Source: an uncultured Acidimicrobiales bacterium (GTDB lineage Bacteria > Actinomycetota > Acidimicrobiia > Acidimicrobiales > DATKAS01). From it: a stretch of 64,000 bases of DNA. The notes below the pieces were generated by a model. It saw only the letters and a list, made by a program, of their open reading frames with translations, was not told the DNA's origin and ran no database searches. The DNA lies in assembly GCA_963847855.1 (NCBI GenBank), contig CAWKBM010000002.1, forward strand, positions 112,177-176,176, written 5' to 3'. The first letter of the stretch is position 1; every line of letters begins with the position of its first letter. Shown one piece after another: positions 47,696 to 57,431 of this stretch. The position numbers were made by a program, and so were the translations under genes.

Positions 47696-48183
47696 GAGAC
47701 GACGATGCTCCCTGTCATCGAGTTGTGGATGCCGCAGAAGTACTCGTAGGTGCCGGGCGTGTCGAAGGTGACCGTGTAGCTCTGGCCGACACCGATGGTG
47801 CCGTCACCGGGGAAGGGATCGCCCTTCGAGACGATCTGGTGGGTGACCGAGTCGTTGTTCGTCCACGTGACCTTCGTGCCCGTGGTGACGTCGATGTTCT
47901 GCGGATGGAACGCGAAGTCGACCGCGACGATCTCCGCCTGTCCCGAGGCCTTCGTGACCGTCGTCGTGGTGGATGCCGCCGTCGTGCTGGCGCTCACCGC
48001 GGCGGTCGTCGCAGCTGCGGCGGTGGTGGCCGCTCCGGCCGCAGCGGTCGTCGCGGCCGCCGCGGTGGTCGCTCCGCTCGCGGGCACGCCTTCGTCGCTC
48101 GGATCGTCTCCGCATGCAGCGAGGACGGTTGCCAGCACGAGAGCACTGCAGACCAGCAGGGCTCGGGCACGGCATCGGGTCAT
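47692..48183 (-). CDS. cupredoxin (amicyanin/plastocyanin-like blue copper) lipoprotein
   Basis: Lipobox VLAAC, a Thr/Ala-rich linker, then VTWTNNDSVTHQIV and YEYFCGIHNSMTG (Cys-x2-His-x2-Met type 1 Cu ligand spacing). Confidence 0.8.
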   Translation of the reverse strand: MTRCRARALLVCSALVLATVLAACGDDPSDEGVPASGATTAAAATTAAAGAATTAAAATTAAVSASTTAASTTTTVTKASGQAEIVAVDFAFHPQNIDVTTGTKVTWTNNDSVTHQIVSKGDPFPGDGTIGVGQSYTVTFDTPGTYEYFCGIHNSMTGSIVVS

Positions 48184-48210
48184 CGGGGTCTCCTTGTTCG
48201 CCGGGGCACT

Positions 48211-49657
48211 CTAGAAGTCGAGCGACGAGAGTTCCGAAACCCACCCCTCCGATCGGGAGCGAGCCTCGAGCCATCGTGCCCGGTCGAGCTTCCCGGCCGG
48301 CTCGATGACGGTACGTGGTCGCCAGGTCGCCGCGATGTCATCCATGCCCTTCCACGTGCCCGTGGCCAGCCCGGCCAGGAAGGCCGCGCCGAGGGTCGTG
48401 GCCTCGAGCACAGGCGAGACCTCGACCGGCCGCTGTGTGGCGTTGGCCAGAGCCCCGAGGAACGTCGGGTTCGCGGTCATGCCGCCGTCGACCCGGAGGT
48501 GGTCGATCGGGAGGCCCGTGTCGGTCTCGGCGGCCTCGACGAGGTCGGCCCCGCGCTGCGCGACTCCCTCGAGCACGGCCCGCACCAGATGGGCCCGGGT
48601 CGACCCTCGGGTGAGCCCGAAGAACGAGGAGCGGGCGCCGTAGTCCCAAACCGGCGTGCCGAGCCCGAGCAGCGCGGGCACGTACACGACACCGTCGGTG
48701 TCCGCACACTGTGAGGCGACGTCATGTGACGCGGCAACGCTGTCGATCACGCCGAGATCGTCGCGTAGCCATTCGACGTTGGAACCCGCGGTGAGCATGA
48801 TCGCTTCGACACCCCACGTGATCTCGCCGTCGCGTCTCCACGCTGCGATCGGGAAGGTGCCGCCCTCCCCGCGGCGCTCGAACGCCGGACGCTCGGGCAG
48901 CGAGGCACATGTCGAGCATGCCGCCGGTGCCGAACGTCGCCTTCGCGAGCCCGGGCAAGACGCAGCCCTGCCCGATGAGCGACGCCTGCTGGTCGCCCGC
49001 GATGCCGGCGATCGGAGGCGAGCCCGGCAGCGCGCTCGCATTCCCGACGACGCCGGTCGAGTCGACGATCTCCGGGAGCACCGCGCCCGGGATGCGGAGG
49101 GCCTCGAGGATGTGCTCGTCCCACCCCGTGCCGTCGGAGCGCACGAGGCCCGTGACGCCGACGTTCGACTGGTCGGTGACGTGCACGGCTCCCTCGGACA
49201 GCAGCCAGGCGATCCAGGTGTCGACGGTGCCGAACCGCAGGTCGGTGCGCATGCGTTCGGGGTCGACCGTGTCGAGCAGGAAGGCGAGCTTGGTGGCCGA
49301 CTGGTTCGGAGCGAACCGGAGACCGTCCGCAGCCAGCACGAGGCACATCCCGGCGGTGCGCAGATCCTGCCAGCCGATGCCAGGACCGACGGGCTTCCCC
49401 GTGTGCGCGTCCCACACGATCGTCGAGGCGCGTTGGTTGGCGATGCCGACGGCGTCGACCGGGCCACCCTCGTTCACGGCCGCTGTCGCGACCTCGAGCG
49501 CTGCGGCACCCATCTCGACCGCGTCGAACTCGACGAGGCCGGGGGAGGGGGAGGAGGGCAGCACCTCGCGGTGGTGGACGTGATCGACGGTGGCGTCCGG
49601 GTGCACGATCGCGGCGCGGACGCCACTCGTGCCGACATCGACGACGAGGATGCTCAT
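48211..49657 (-). CDS. FGGY-family carbohydrate kinase (glycerol-kinase-like); one frame break near 48900
   Basis: The N-terminal half (MSILVVDVGTSGVRAAIV..GIAGDQQASLIGQGC..ATFGTGGML) is at the end of the 981-aa ORF. The C-terminal half (..VYVPALLGLGTPVWD..HLRVDGGMTANP..) is in ORF 48211-49467. Confidence 0.8.
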
Positions 49658-50056
49658 CCGCTGGGCTCCGCCTCGTGTCGCAGTCGTCCGCCGATCAAGC
49701 CGCCCACCGTGCCGGCGACCATCGACAGCAGCGCGCTCGACAAGATGCGCGACCACGACACGTCCTCGCTCGTCGGCGAATCGACGCAGCACTCCGATGC
49801 CCTGCACGAGAGCGAAGGTGACGATCGCCGCCACGATGCCGTGCACCAGCGGCGCGTCGAGCTGCTGTCGTCGGGCCGCGACGGTTGCGCCGACGACCAG
49901 ACCCGCGAGCACGAGGATCGCGAGGAACGAGACGACGGCCGACGGGTTGTCGCTCGACGACCGGTCGTCGAGCGCCTGGCCGATGAGTGCGGCGGGCACG
50001 CAGATGATCAGCGCCACGACGATGCCGACGGCGAGTGCCGCGCGGTCGAGCTTCAC
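49654..50056 (-). CDS. small integral membrane protein (about 133 aa, 3-4 TM); frame break near 49770
   Basis: The GTG overlaps the oxidase stop (GTGA 50052-50056). VKLDRAALAVGIVVALIICVPAALIG..VVSFLAILVLAGLVVGATVAA..IVAAIVTFALVQGIGVL, then in the next frame ..ILSSALLSMVAGTVGGLIGGRL..*. The stop overlaps the kinase ATG (ATGA). Confidence 0.5.
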
Positions 50057-51556
50057 GATGCCTCCACGGGCCAGGGCACCTCGCCGAACGGTGAGGGCAG
50101 GCCGAGCTTCCCGGGGTTGAGGATGCCGTTCGGGTCGAGCGCGGCCTTCGTCGGCGCGCAGCACCTCGAACGCAGGCCCGAGCGCCTCGACCATGAAGCG
50201 GCTGCGGTTCAGCCCGACGCCGTGGTGGTGGGAGAGCGCACCCCCGTGCGCGAGCACGGCTCGTGTGCCTGCGTCCCATGCCGCGACGTAGAAGGCCTCG
50301 CGTTCGTCGGCCGGCGGGCGGCCCGCGAACGTGAAGTACAGGCATGCGCCGTCGGTGTACGCGTGCGACTGGTGCGCGGTGGCGGCAGCGGCATGGGGCA
50401 CCGCGGAGATCGCGGCTCGAGTGGCTTCGTAGATCTTCGGCAGGTCGCGCCACCGGCCAGCGATCTCCATCGTGTCGACGACGAAGCCCTTGCGAGTCAG
50501 TGCCTCCAACGCGCTCACGTCGTTGCGGTGGTGGAACCAGCGATCGACCAGCCCGACGTCGGCTCGCTCTCCTCCGACTGCATCGCACTCTTCGGCGACC
50601 ACGCGCATGACCGCATCGACGAGCGCAGCCTCTCCTTCGTCGTAGACGAGCAGGACATGACGGTCGCCGGTCTGGTAGCTGCGGTTGGCCTCGACGTCGT
50701 CGTAGAGACGCAAGACCGCGGGCGTGGCGCCCCGGCGAAGGATGCGACGGCACGCGTCGAGGCCCTCGACGAACGAGGAGAAGCTCCACGCATCGCGCCG
50801 TTCGGCGACCGGCGCGGGGTGCACGCGAAGGCGGGCGCCCGTGATCACGCCGAGCGTGCCCTCCGAGCCGACGAAGAGCTGGGTCAGGTCCGGGCCGGCG
50901 GCCGCACGCGGAGCGCCTCCCGTGCTGATCGCTCGTCCGTCTGCCAGGACGACGTCGAGACCGACGACCATGTCCTCGATCTTGCCGTACCGCGTCGACA
51001 GCTGACCGGCACCCCGGCACGCGAGCCATCCGCCGACCGTCGAGATCGCGACGGATTGCGGCCAGTGGCCCAAGGTCACGCCGTACGCCGACCGCAGCTC
51101 GGCCTCGAGCGGCTCGCCGAAGGTTCCCGGACGCACGTCGAGCACGAGCGACTGGTCATCGACATCGACGATGCCCGCGAGGCCGCACAGGTCGAGCACG
51201 ACGCCTCCATGCACCGGCACGCTCGCACCGCACACGCCACTGCGACCTGCGGCCGGAGTCAGCGGCACGAGGTCCGCGTTGCACACCGCGAGGACCGCGG
51301 CGACCTCTTCGACGCTCTCGGGCCGTGCGACCACCGAGGCGAGCCCCGGCACCTCGCCCTCGAGTGCCCACTGCATCGCGAGCGGCCACCAGTCACGGCT
51401 CGCCTCGGCGACCTCGTCGACGTCGGTGGCGACCGCCGCGCAGGCGCCTCTCAACCGAGCGAGCGTCGCGTCGCCGACCACGACTCGACGCGCCGCGAGA
51501 TGTGGTCGGGGGGCGACCTCGACGCGCTCCAGAGCGATCGGGCGGACGGGCCTCAT
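50052..51556 (-). CDS. FAD-linked oxidase (FAD_binding_4 / alkyl-DHAP-synthase-like); one extra base near 50135
   Basis: PESVEEVAAVLAVCNADLVPLTPAAGRSGVCGASVP..WPQS..GGWLACRGAGQLSTRYGKIEDMV..GSEGTLGVIT.. Ignoring one G restores the canonical tail LRATKAALDPNGILNPGKLGL. The ATG overlaps the glpD stop (ATGA 51553-51556). Confidence 0.8.
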
Positions 51557-53196
51557 GCGCCGATGGTCGCGTCGAGAGCCGTCTCGGGGAGCGCAGCAGC
51601 GTTTCGTTCTGCGGCGACCGAGTCGCGGAAGGCCGTCACCTGGCGTTGACGTTCGTCGTCCGACCATCCGAGCTCGGGGCCGATCAGCGCCGCGACGTCA
51701 TCGGCGACACGGGCAGCGTCGTCACGCGCGAGCAACCTCGCTCGCGTCCGCCGGCTCAGGATGTCGTCGAGCGTACGCGCCATCTCATGACGGACCGCGT
51801 GGATCGCCTCGGCGCGCACGTACGGCAGACCGGGCACGAGCGGCCGAGCCAAGTCGGGATCGCTGGCGGCGAGCAACGCGACGACTTCGGCTTCGGTGCC
51901 GAAGCGTGAGGCGAGGTGCGCGTCGAGACCCTGCCGGGGCCGATCGGCGTCGAAGCCGTCGCCTCCGAGGAGCACGACGTGCTTCGTGGAGCTGCGCCTG
52001 CGGATGTCGAGCATCTCGCCGACCTCGTCGACCGTGTCCGAGGCCATGCGGCGGTACGTCGTGAGCTTGCCGCCGGTGATGGTGACGAGCCCGCTCGGCG
52101 AGCGCCGCACCGCATGGCGTCGGGATAGATCCGCGGTGCGTTCGCTCGTAGCGTCGGTGACGAGCGGCCGGAGGCCGGCCCACGTGCCGAGGATGTCGGC
52201 CCGCGTGACCCCTGTGGTGACCGACGCGTTCAAGGCGCGGAGCACGTAGTCGATGTCTTCGGGCGTGCACTGCGGGTCGTCGAGCGGGCCGTCGTAGTCC
52301 GTGTCGGTCGTGCCCACGTACGCGAGGTCGCCCCACGGCACGACGAAGAGCGAGCGCCGGTCCTTCGGGACCGGGATCACCGCGGCGATGTCGTTCTGCG
52401 TCTTGTTCCAGGGCACCGTGATGTGGATGCCCTTCGCCGGCCGGATCGAGCGCGGGTGCACTCCCTCGTCGAGCGCGCGGAGGTCGTCGGCCCACACGCC
52501 GGTCGCGTTGACGACGACCTTCGCCCGGACCTCCCTGTCCTCGCCGTCCGCCTCGACGATCGCTCCGGCGGCCTTGCCGTCCGCGCCCTTCACCAGCCGC
52601 CGCACCGACACGTAGCTCGCGACAGCGGCACCGTGCGCCGCTGCGGTGCGAGCGATGGTGAGCGTGAGCCTCGCGTCGTCGGCCTGCGCGTCGTAGTACA
52701 GGTACGCGGACGCGAGGCGCTCTGCCGGCATCGTCGGCATGTGCGCGAGTGCCTCGGCCTTCGTGAGGCGCTTGTGCAGCTTCCCGATGCGCAGGCCTCC
52801 GGTCAGGTCGTACATCCACATCGCCGACCCGAGCGCGCGTGCCACCTTCGGATTGATCAAACCGTCGCGGGAGAAGATCGGGATGAGGAAGGGCAGCACC
52901 CGCACGAGGTGGGGGGCCGTCTTGCGGAGGCGCTGGCGTTCGGCGAGCGCCTCATAGACGAGGAGGTACTCCCGCTGCTGCAGGTATCGGAGCCCACCGT
53001 GCACGAGCTTCGATGACTTCGACGACGTGCCTGACGCAAAGTCGTGTCGCTCCACGAGTGCGGTGCGCAGCCCCCGGGTCGCCGCATCGAGCGCGACGCC
53101 CGCGCCCGTGATGCCGCCTCCGATGACCAGCACGTCGAAGTGCTCGTCACTCAACCGCGCCAGCGCCCGCGACCGGTCGAACGGAGGGAGCGACAT
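51553..53196 (-). CDS. glpD: FAD-dependent glycerol-3-phosphate dehydrogenase
   Basis: 547 aa, intact: FDVLVIGGGITGAGVALDAATRGL..FASGTSSKSSKLVHGGLRYL. Confidence 0.9.
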   Translation of the reverse strand: MSLPPFDRSRALARLSDEHFDVLVIGGGITGAGVALDAATRGLRTALVERHDFASGTSSKSSKLVHGGLRYLQQREYLLVYEALAERQRLRKTAPHLVRVLPFLIPIFSRDGLINPKVARALGSAMWMYDLTGGLRIGKLHKRLTKAEALAHMPTMPAERLASAYLYYDAQADDARLTLTIARTAAAHGAAVASYVSVRRLVKGADGKAAGAIVEADGEDREVRAKVVVNATGVWADDLRALDEGVHPRSIRPAKGIHITVPWNKTQNDIAAVIPVPKDRRSLFVVPWGDLAYVGTTDTDYDGPLDDPQCTPEDIDYVLRALNASVTTGVTRADILGTWAGLRPLVTDATSERTADLSRRHAVRRSPSGLVTITGGKLTTYRRMASDTVDEVGEMLDIRRRSSTKHVVLLGGDGFDADRPRQGLDAHLASRFGTEAEVVALLAASDPDLARPLVPGLPYVRAEAIHAVRHEMARTLDDILSRRTRARLLARDDAARVADDVAALIGPELGWSDDERQRQVTAFRDSVAAERNAAALPETALDATIGA

Positions 53197-53220
53197 CGGC
53201 GGTCATCCTAGGATCGGGTC

Positions 53221-54033
53221 GTGGAAGCGGCGGAATCAGAGGCCGTTCGCACGCCCCTCACGCCGCAGTGGCTCAGCGACGTCTTGTCCAAGCCGGTCCG
53301 TGAGGTTCGGATCGAGCGAATGGGTGAGGGTGGCGTCTCGGGGGACCTCGCCCGACTGCACCTCGACGACGGCTCCACGTGGGTCACGAAGCGGCCCGCG
53401 ACCGATCCGGTGGTACGAGACCGCCAACGAGCGCTCGGGATGTACGAGCGAGAGGCCCGCTTCTACCTGGAGATCGCGCCGCTGCTGCCTCTACGCACAC
53501 CGCGGTGCGCGTTCGCGTCGGCCGATCTGCTTCTGCTCGAGGACGTCGCGCCCGCGGTGGCCGGAACCTTCCGGGAGGGCCTCGTCCCCGAGCAGATCGA
53601 CGCGGTCCTCGACGACTTCGTCGCATTGCACGGTCCGTGGCAGGGAGCCGGCGGCCTCGACGATCTGACCTGGCTGTGGCGCGTCGCCCCCGACGAAGCA
53701 GGCCGCTGGCAGCACCACCTCGAGGAGCGGTTGCCCCGCTTCATCGATCGTCACCGTGCGCAGCTCACCGCTGCCGAGGTCGTCGTGGCCGAGGCGGTGA
53801 CCGCGCGACTCGGGGCACTGATGCTCACCGCGGCGAAGCTCCCCCCGACGCTGTGTCACGGTGACCCGGGACCACCGAACCTGATGTTCGGCCACGCGTC
53901 GGGCGGGGTCGTCCACGTCGATTGGCAGCTCGCCGCGGCGCGCAGCGGCGCACTCGACCTGGCGTGGCTCATCGTGCTGGGTGTGCCGGTCGCGCTCCGC
54001 GAGGCTCGCAGCGCAGAGTGGGTCGCGCGCTGA
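53221..54033 (+). CDS. phosphotransferase (APH/choline-kinase-like) family protein; the 3' end probably continues past 54033 after frame break(s)
   Basis: LCHGDPGPPNLMF catalytic loop and VDWQLAAARSGALDLAWLI. Downstream frames still read protein-like (YRERLGLERDDLQRAFDLGVALGA..) to about 54210. Confidence 0.65.
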   Translation: MEAAESEAVRTPLTPQWLSDVLSKPVREVRIERMGEGGVSGDLARLHLDDGSTWVTKRPATDPVVRDRQRALGMYEREARFYLEIAPLLPLRTPRCAFASADLLLLEDVAPAVAGTFREGLVPEQIDAVLDDFVALHGPWQGAGGLDDLTWLWRVAPDEAGRWQHHLEERLPRFIDRHRAQLTAAEVVVAEAVTARLGALMLTAAKLPPTLCHGDPGPPNLMFGHASGGVVHVDWQLAAARSGALDLAWLIVLGVPVALREARSAEWVAR

Positions 54034-54252
54034 CCGCGAGCGGCTCGGCCTCGAACGCGATGATCTCCAGCGCGCGTTCGACCTCGGCGTCGCGCTCGGC
54101 GCTGCGAGCGCCGATCTGGATGGGGGGCGCGCCCGACGCCGAGCGGAGCCCGCATGTCGATGCGTACGCCGAGGCCACGATTCCCCGAGCGTTTGCAGCG
54201 GCTATGAACATTGATCTCTCATCTCTGGACGGCGAGAAGAAGGGGAACGGCT

Positions 54253-54672
54253 GTGGCTGACCTCAAGGGCAGCAAGACGGAAGAGAACCTCAAGGCTGCG
54301 TTCGCAGCGGAGAGCCAGGCCAATCGCCGGTTCCTGTACTTCGCGCAGAAGGCCGACATCGAGGGCTACCCCGAAGTCGCGACACTTTTCCGATCCGTGG
54401 CGGAAGGCGAGACCGGCCACGCGTTCGGCCACCTCGACTTCCTTTCCGCCGTCGGCGATCCGGCGACCGGGGAGCCCATCGGCTCGACCGAGGACAACCT
54501 GCGTGCCGCCATCGCGGGTGAGTCACGCGAGTACACCGAGATGTACCCGGACTTCGCCCGTACGGCTCGGGAGGAGGGCTTCGACGAGATCGCGGAATGG
54601 CTCGAGACGCTCGCTCGGGCCGAGAAGAGCCACTCCGGACGGCTCACCCAGGGCCTCGAGACGCTCGGCTGA
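54253..54672 (+). CDS. rubrerythrin-family ferritin-like protein (no rubredoxin domain)
   Basis: GTG 54253 after [67 protein letters not shown]: two ExxH pairs. Confidence 0.8.
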   Translation: MADLKGSKTEENLKAAFAAESQANRRFLYFAQKADIEGYPEVATLFRSVAEGETGHAFGHLDFLSAVGDPATGEPIGSTEDNLRAAIAGESREYTEMYPDFARTAREEGFDEIAEWLETLARAEKSHSGRLTQGLETLG

Positions 54673-54788
54673 CCGAACCCTTCCGTTTGGGCTGGCCGTA
54701 ACCGGAAATCAGCCCGTACCATGGGGTTTCGGCTCCTCCGGAGCCAGCAAAACCGGCCCCTTCGTACTCTTTTGGAAGCGAAATCCTC

Positions 54789-55025
54789 TTGAGCAACTCG
54801 TCGTCATGGCGCGATCAGGCTGCCTGCCGTGGTCTCGATCCCGAGGTCTTCTACCCCATCACCGAAGAAGAGGAAGCGACCGCAAGGAGCATCTGCGCCG
54901 ACTGCACCGTTCGTGAGACCTGCCTCGAGCACGCCATCACCCACCGGGAGAAGGAAGGCATCTGGGGCGGAGCGACGGAACGGGAACGGCGGCGGATCAT
55001 CCGCCAGCGGCGCCGTACCGCCTGA
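54789..55025 (+). CDS. whiB: WhiB-family transcriptional regulator
   Basis: 78 aa: [51 protein letters not shown]. Four Cys and the GIWGG turn are present. Confidence 0.9.
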   Translation: MSNSSSWRDQAACRGLDPEVFYPITEEEEATARSICADCTVRETCLEHAITHREKEGIWGGATERERRRIIRQRRRTA

Positions 55026-55040
55026 CCGAAGGGGACGCTC

Positions 55041-56097
55041 GTGGGGGACGCGCCCAGCCTGGAGGCGCTCGGCGGATGGCGTGTCGTGCTCGGCCGCCTC
55101 ACCAGTCGTGACGACCTGAGCCGCGACGAGGCTCGAGCCGCGATGGCCGAGATCCTCGAGGGTGCCGCAACTGCCGCTCAGATCGCGGGGTTCGCGGTCG
55201 CATTGCGGATGAAGGGGGAGACGGTCGACGAGCTCGACGGATTGCTCGACGCGATGTTCGCCGTGGCCGCGCCGGTGCACGTGCCCCCGGAGGTGCACGA
55301 ACGGCTCGTCGACGTCGTCGGCACCGGCGGCGATCGCAGTCACACGATCAACGTGTCGACGCTCTCGGCGCTCGTCGTGGCAGGCGCGGGTGTGCCCGTC
55401 TGCAAGCACGGCAACCGCGCGGCCTCGTCCTCGTGTGGCGCGGCCGACTTGCTCGAGGCGCTGGGCGTCGTGCTCGAGCTCGACGGGGACGGCGTTGCCC
55501 GCTGCATCAGTGAGGCCGGCATCGGGTTCTGCTTCGCGCCGCGGTTCCATCCGGCGCTGCGTCACGCGGGTCCGTCTCGCCGCGAGCTCGGCATCCCCAC
55601 CGCGTTCAACTTCCTCGGGCCGCTGGCGAACCCGGCCCGCGCTCGGCGCCAGCTGGTCGGCGTGAGCGATCCCACGATGGCGGACCGCATGCTCGGCGTG
55701 CTCGCGGCGCGCGGCTCACAGCACGTGCTGCTCGTCCACGGTCACGACGGGCTCGACGAGCTCACGACGACGACGACCTCGACGGTGCACGAGCTCGAGA
55801 ACGGCACGATCCGCACCTGGGTGCTCGATCCCGAGGATGTCGGGTTGCCGCTCGCCAAGGCGGAAGATCTCCGCGGCGGCGATCCCGAGACGAACGCTGG
55901 CATCGCGCGGCGCAGTGCTGAGCGGCGAGCCCGGGCCGCATCGCGACGTCGTCGTGCTGAACGCGGGAGCGGCGCTCGTCGCGGCGGGCACCGCAGTGTC
56001 CGTTGGTGAAGGGATCGGGCTCGCAGCGGCCTCCCTCGACGAGGGGCGTGCCGCGGCGGCGCTCGACCGTCTCGTGGCAGTGTCGAACGCCGGCTGA
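55041..56097 (+). CDS. trpD: anthranilate phosphoribosyltransferase; one extra base near 55905
   Basis: VDVVGTGGDRSHTINVST..CKHGNRAASSSCGAADLLEALG..FCFAPRFHPA. Ignoring one A (cgc-a-gtg) restores ARRVLSGEPGPHRDVVVLNAGAALVAAG.. to the stop at 56097. Confidence 0.85.
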
Positions 56098-56111
56098 GAA
56101 GGAGAGCTCTC

Positions 56112-57413
56112 ATGGGTCAGTCCGAGCTGCTGCATCGTCACCGCGCAGTCATGCCGTCGTGGCTGGCGCTCTATTACGAGTCGCCCATCGAGCTCGTGAG
56201 CGGCGAAGGGTGTCGTGTCACTGACCACGAGGGCCGCACCTACCTCGATCTCTTCGGCGGCATCCTCACCACGATGACTGGGCACTCGGTGCCCGAGGTG
56301 GTTGAAGCGATCCGTGAGCAGGCGGGCAAGCTGCTGCACACGTCGACGCTGTACCTCATCCGCCCGATGGTCGAGCTCGCGGAGAAGATCTCCGGGCTGT
56401 CGGGCATCGCCGACGCGAAGGTGTTCTTCGTCAACTCTGGCTCGGAAGCCAACGAGACCGCGCTGCTCCTCGCCTCGGCGATGCGCAAGTCGAATCAGAT
56501 CCTCGCCCTGCGCAACAGCTACCACGGGCGGTCCTTCGCGACGATCGGTGTCACCGGCAACCGCGGGTGGTCGCCGAGCAGCTTGAGCCCGTTCAGCGTG
56601 CACTACGTGCACAACGGCTACCGCCTGCGCTCCCCGTTCCGAAACCTCGACGACGCCGGCTTCGTCGAGGCGTGCGCCGACGACCTGCGCAACATCATCG
56701 AGACGACGACGTCCGGCGACGTGGCGGCGATGATCGCAGAGCCGATCCAGGGTGTCGGCGGCTTCTGCGTGCCGCCCGACGGCTTCTTCGGGGCGATGAA
56801 AAAGGTGCTCGACGAGTACGAGATCCTCTTCATCTCCGACGAGGTGCAGACCGGCTGGGGCCGCACCGGGGAGCACTTCTGGGGGTACCAGGCGCACGAC
56901 GTCGTGCCCGACGCGCTCACGTTCGCGAAGGGACTCGGCAACGGGCTCGCGATCGCCGGCCTCGTTGCTCGCGCCGACCTCATGGACGCCATGCCCGCGA
57001 ACTCGCTCTCGACGTTCGGGGGCAACCCGCTCGCGACCAGCGGCACGCTCGCGAACCTGAACTACCTCCTCGACAACGACCTGCAAGGGAACGCTCTGCG
57101 CGTCGGCTCGTACATGCTCGAACGCCTGCGCCCTCTCGCCGATCGCCACGTCACGGTTGCCGAGGTCCGAGGGCGCGGGTTGATGGTCGGCATCGAGCTG
57201 GTCGAAGAGGACGGCCGCACGCCGAGCCCGCGGCTCGCCGCTGCGTGCCTCGAAGCGTGCAAGGCCGAAGGCGTGCTGCTCGGCAAGGGCGGCCTCTACG
57301 GCAACTGCCTGCGAGTCGCGCCCCCGCTCTGCATCACCCTCGAAGAAGCCGAGGAAGGCGCGTCGGTCATCGCCGACGCGCTCCACGCGGCTTTCCGGGG
57401 CGGAGAGGGCTGA
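56112..57413 (+). CDS. class III (omega-type) pyridoxal-phosphate aminotransferase
   Basis: 433 aa, intact: VNSGSEANETALLLA..AMIAEPIQGVGG..LFISDEVQTGWGRTG..TFAKGLGNG. Confidence 0.85.
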   Translation: MGQSELLHRHRAVMPSWLALYYESPIELVSGEGCRVTDHEGRTYLDLFGGILTTMTGHSVPEVVEAIREQAGKLLHTSTLYLIRPMVELAEKISGLSGIADAKVFFVNSGSEANETALLLASAMRKSNQILALRNSYHGRSFATIGVTGNRGWSPSSLSPFSVHYVHNGYRLRSPFRNLDDAGFVEACADDLRNIIETTTSGDVAAMIAEPIQGVGGFCVPPDGFFGAMKKVLDEYEILFISDEVQTGWGRTGEHFWGYQAHDVVPDALTFAKGLGNGLAIAGLVARADLMDAMPANSLSTFGGNPLATSGTLANLNYLLDNDLQGNALRVGSYMLERLRPLADRHVTVAEVRGRGLMVGIELVEEDGRTPSPRLAAACLEACKAEGVLLGKGGLYGNCLRVAPPLCITLEEAEEGASVIADALHAAFRGGEG

Positions 57414-57431
57414 CCAGTAGCCTCCGCGTCC

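Noticed and set aside
48656-51649. 997-aa plus-strand ORF
   Set aside because: It is antisense to the FGGY kinase, membrane protein and FAD oxidase genes, which carry clear family motifs. Its translation is Arg/Asp/Gly-rich with no recognisable domain.
48722-51667. 981-aa minus-strand ORF read as a single giant protein
   Set aside because: It is a concatenation of three coupled genes (FAD oxidase, small membrane protein, kinase N-terminus). The concatenation is produced by two single-base frame breaks and 4-nt start/stop overlaps.
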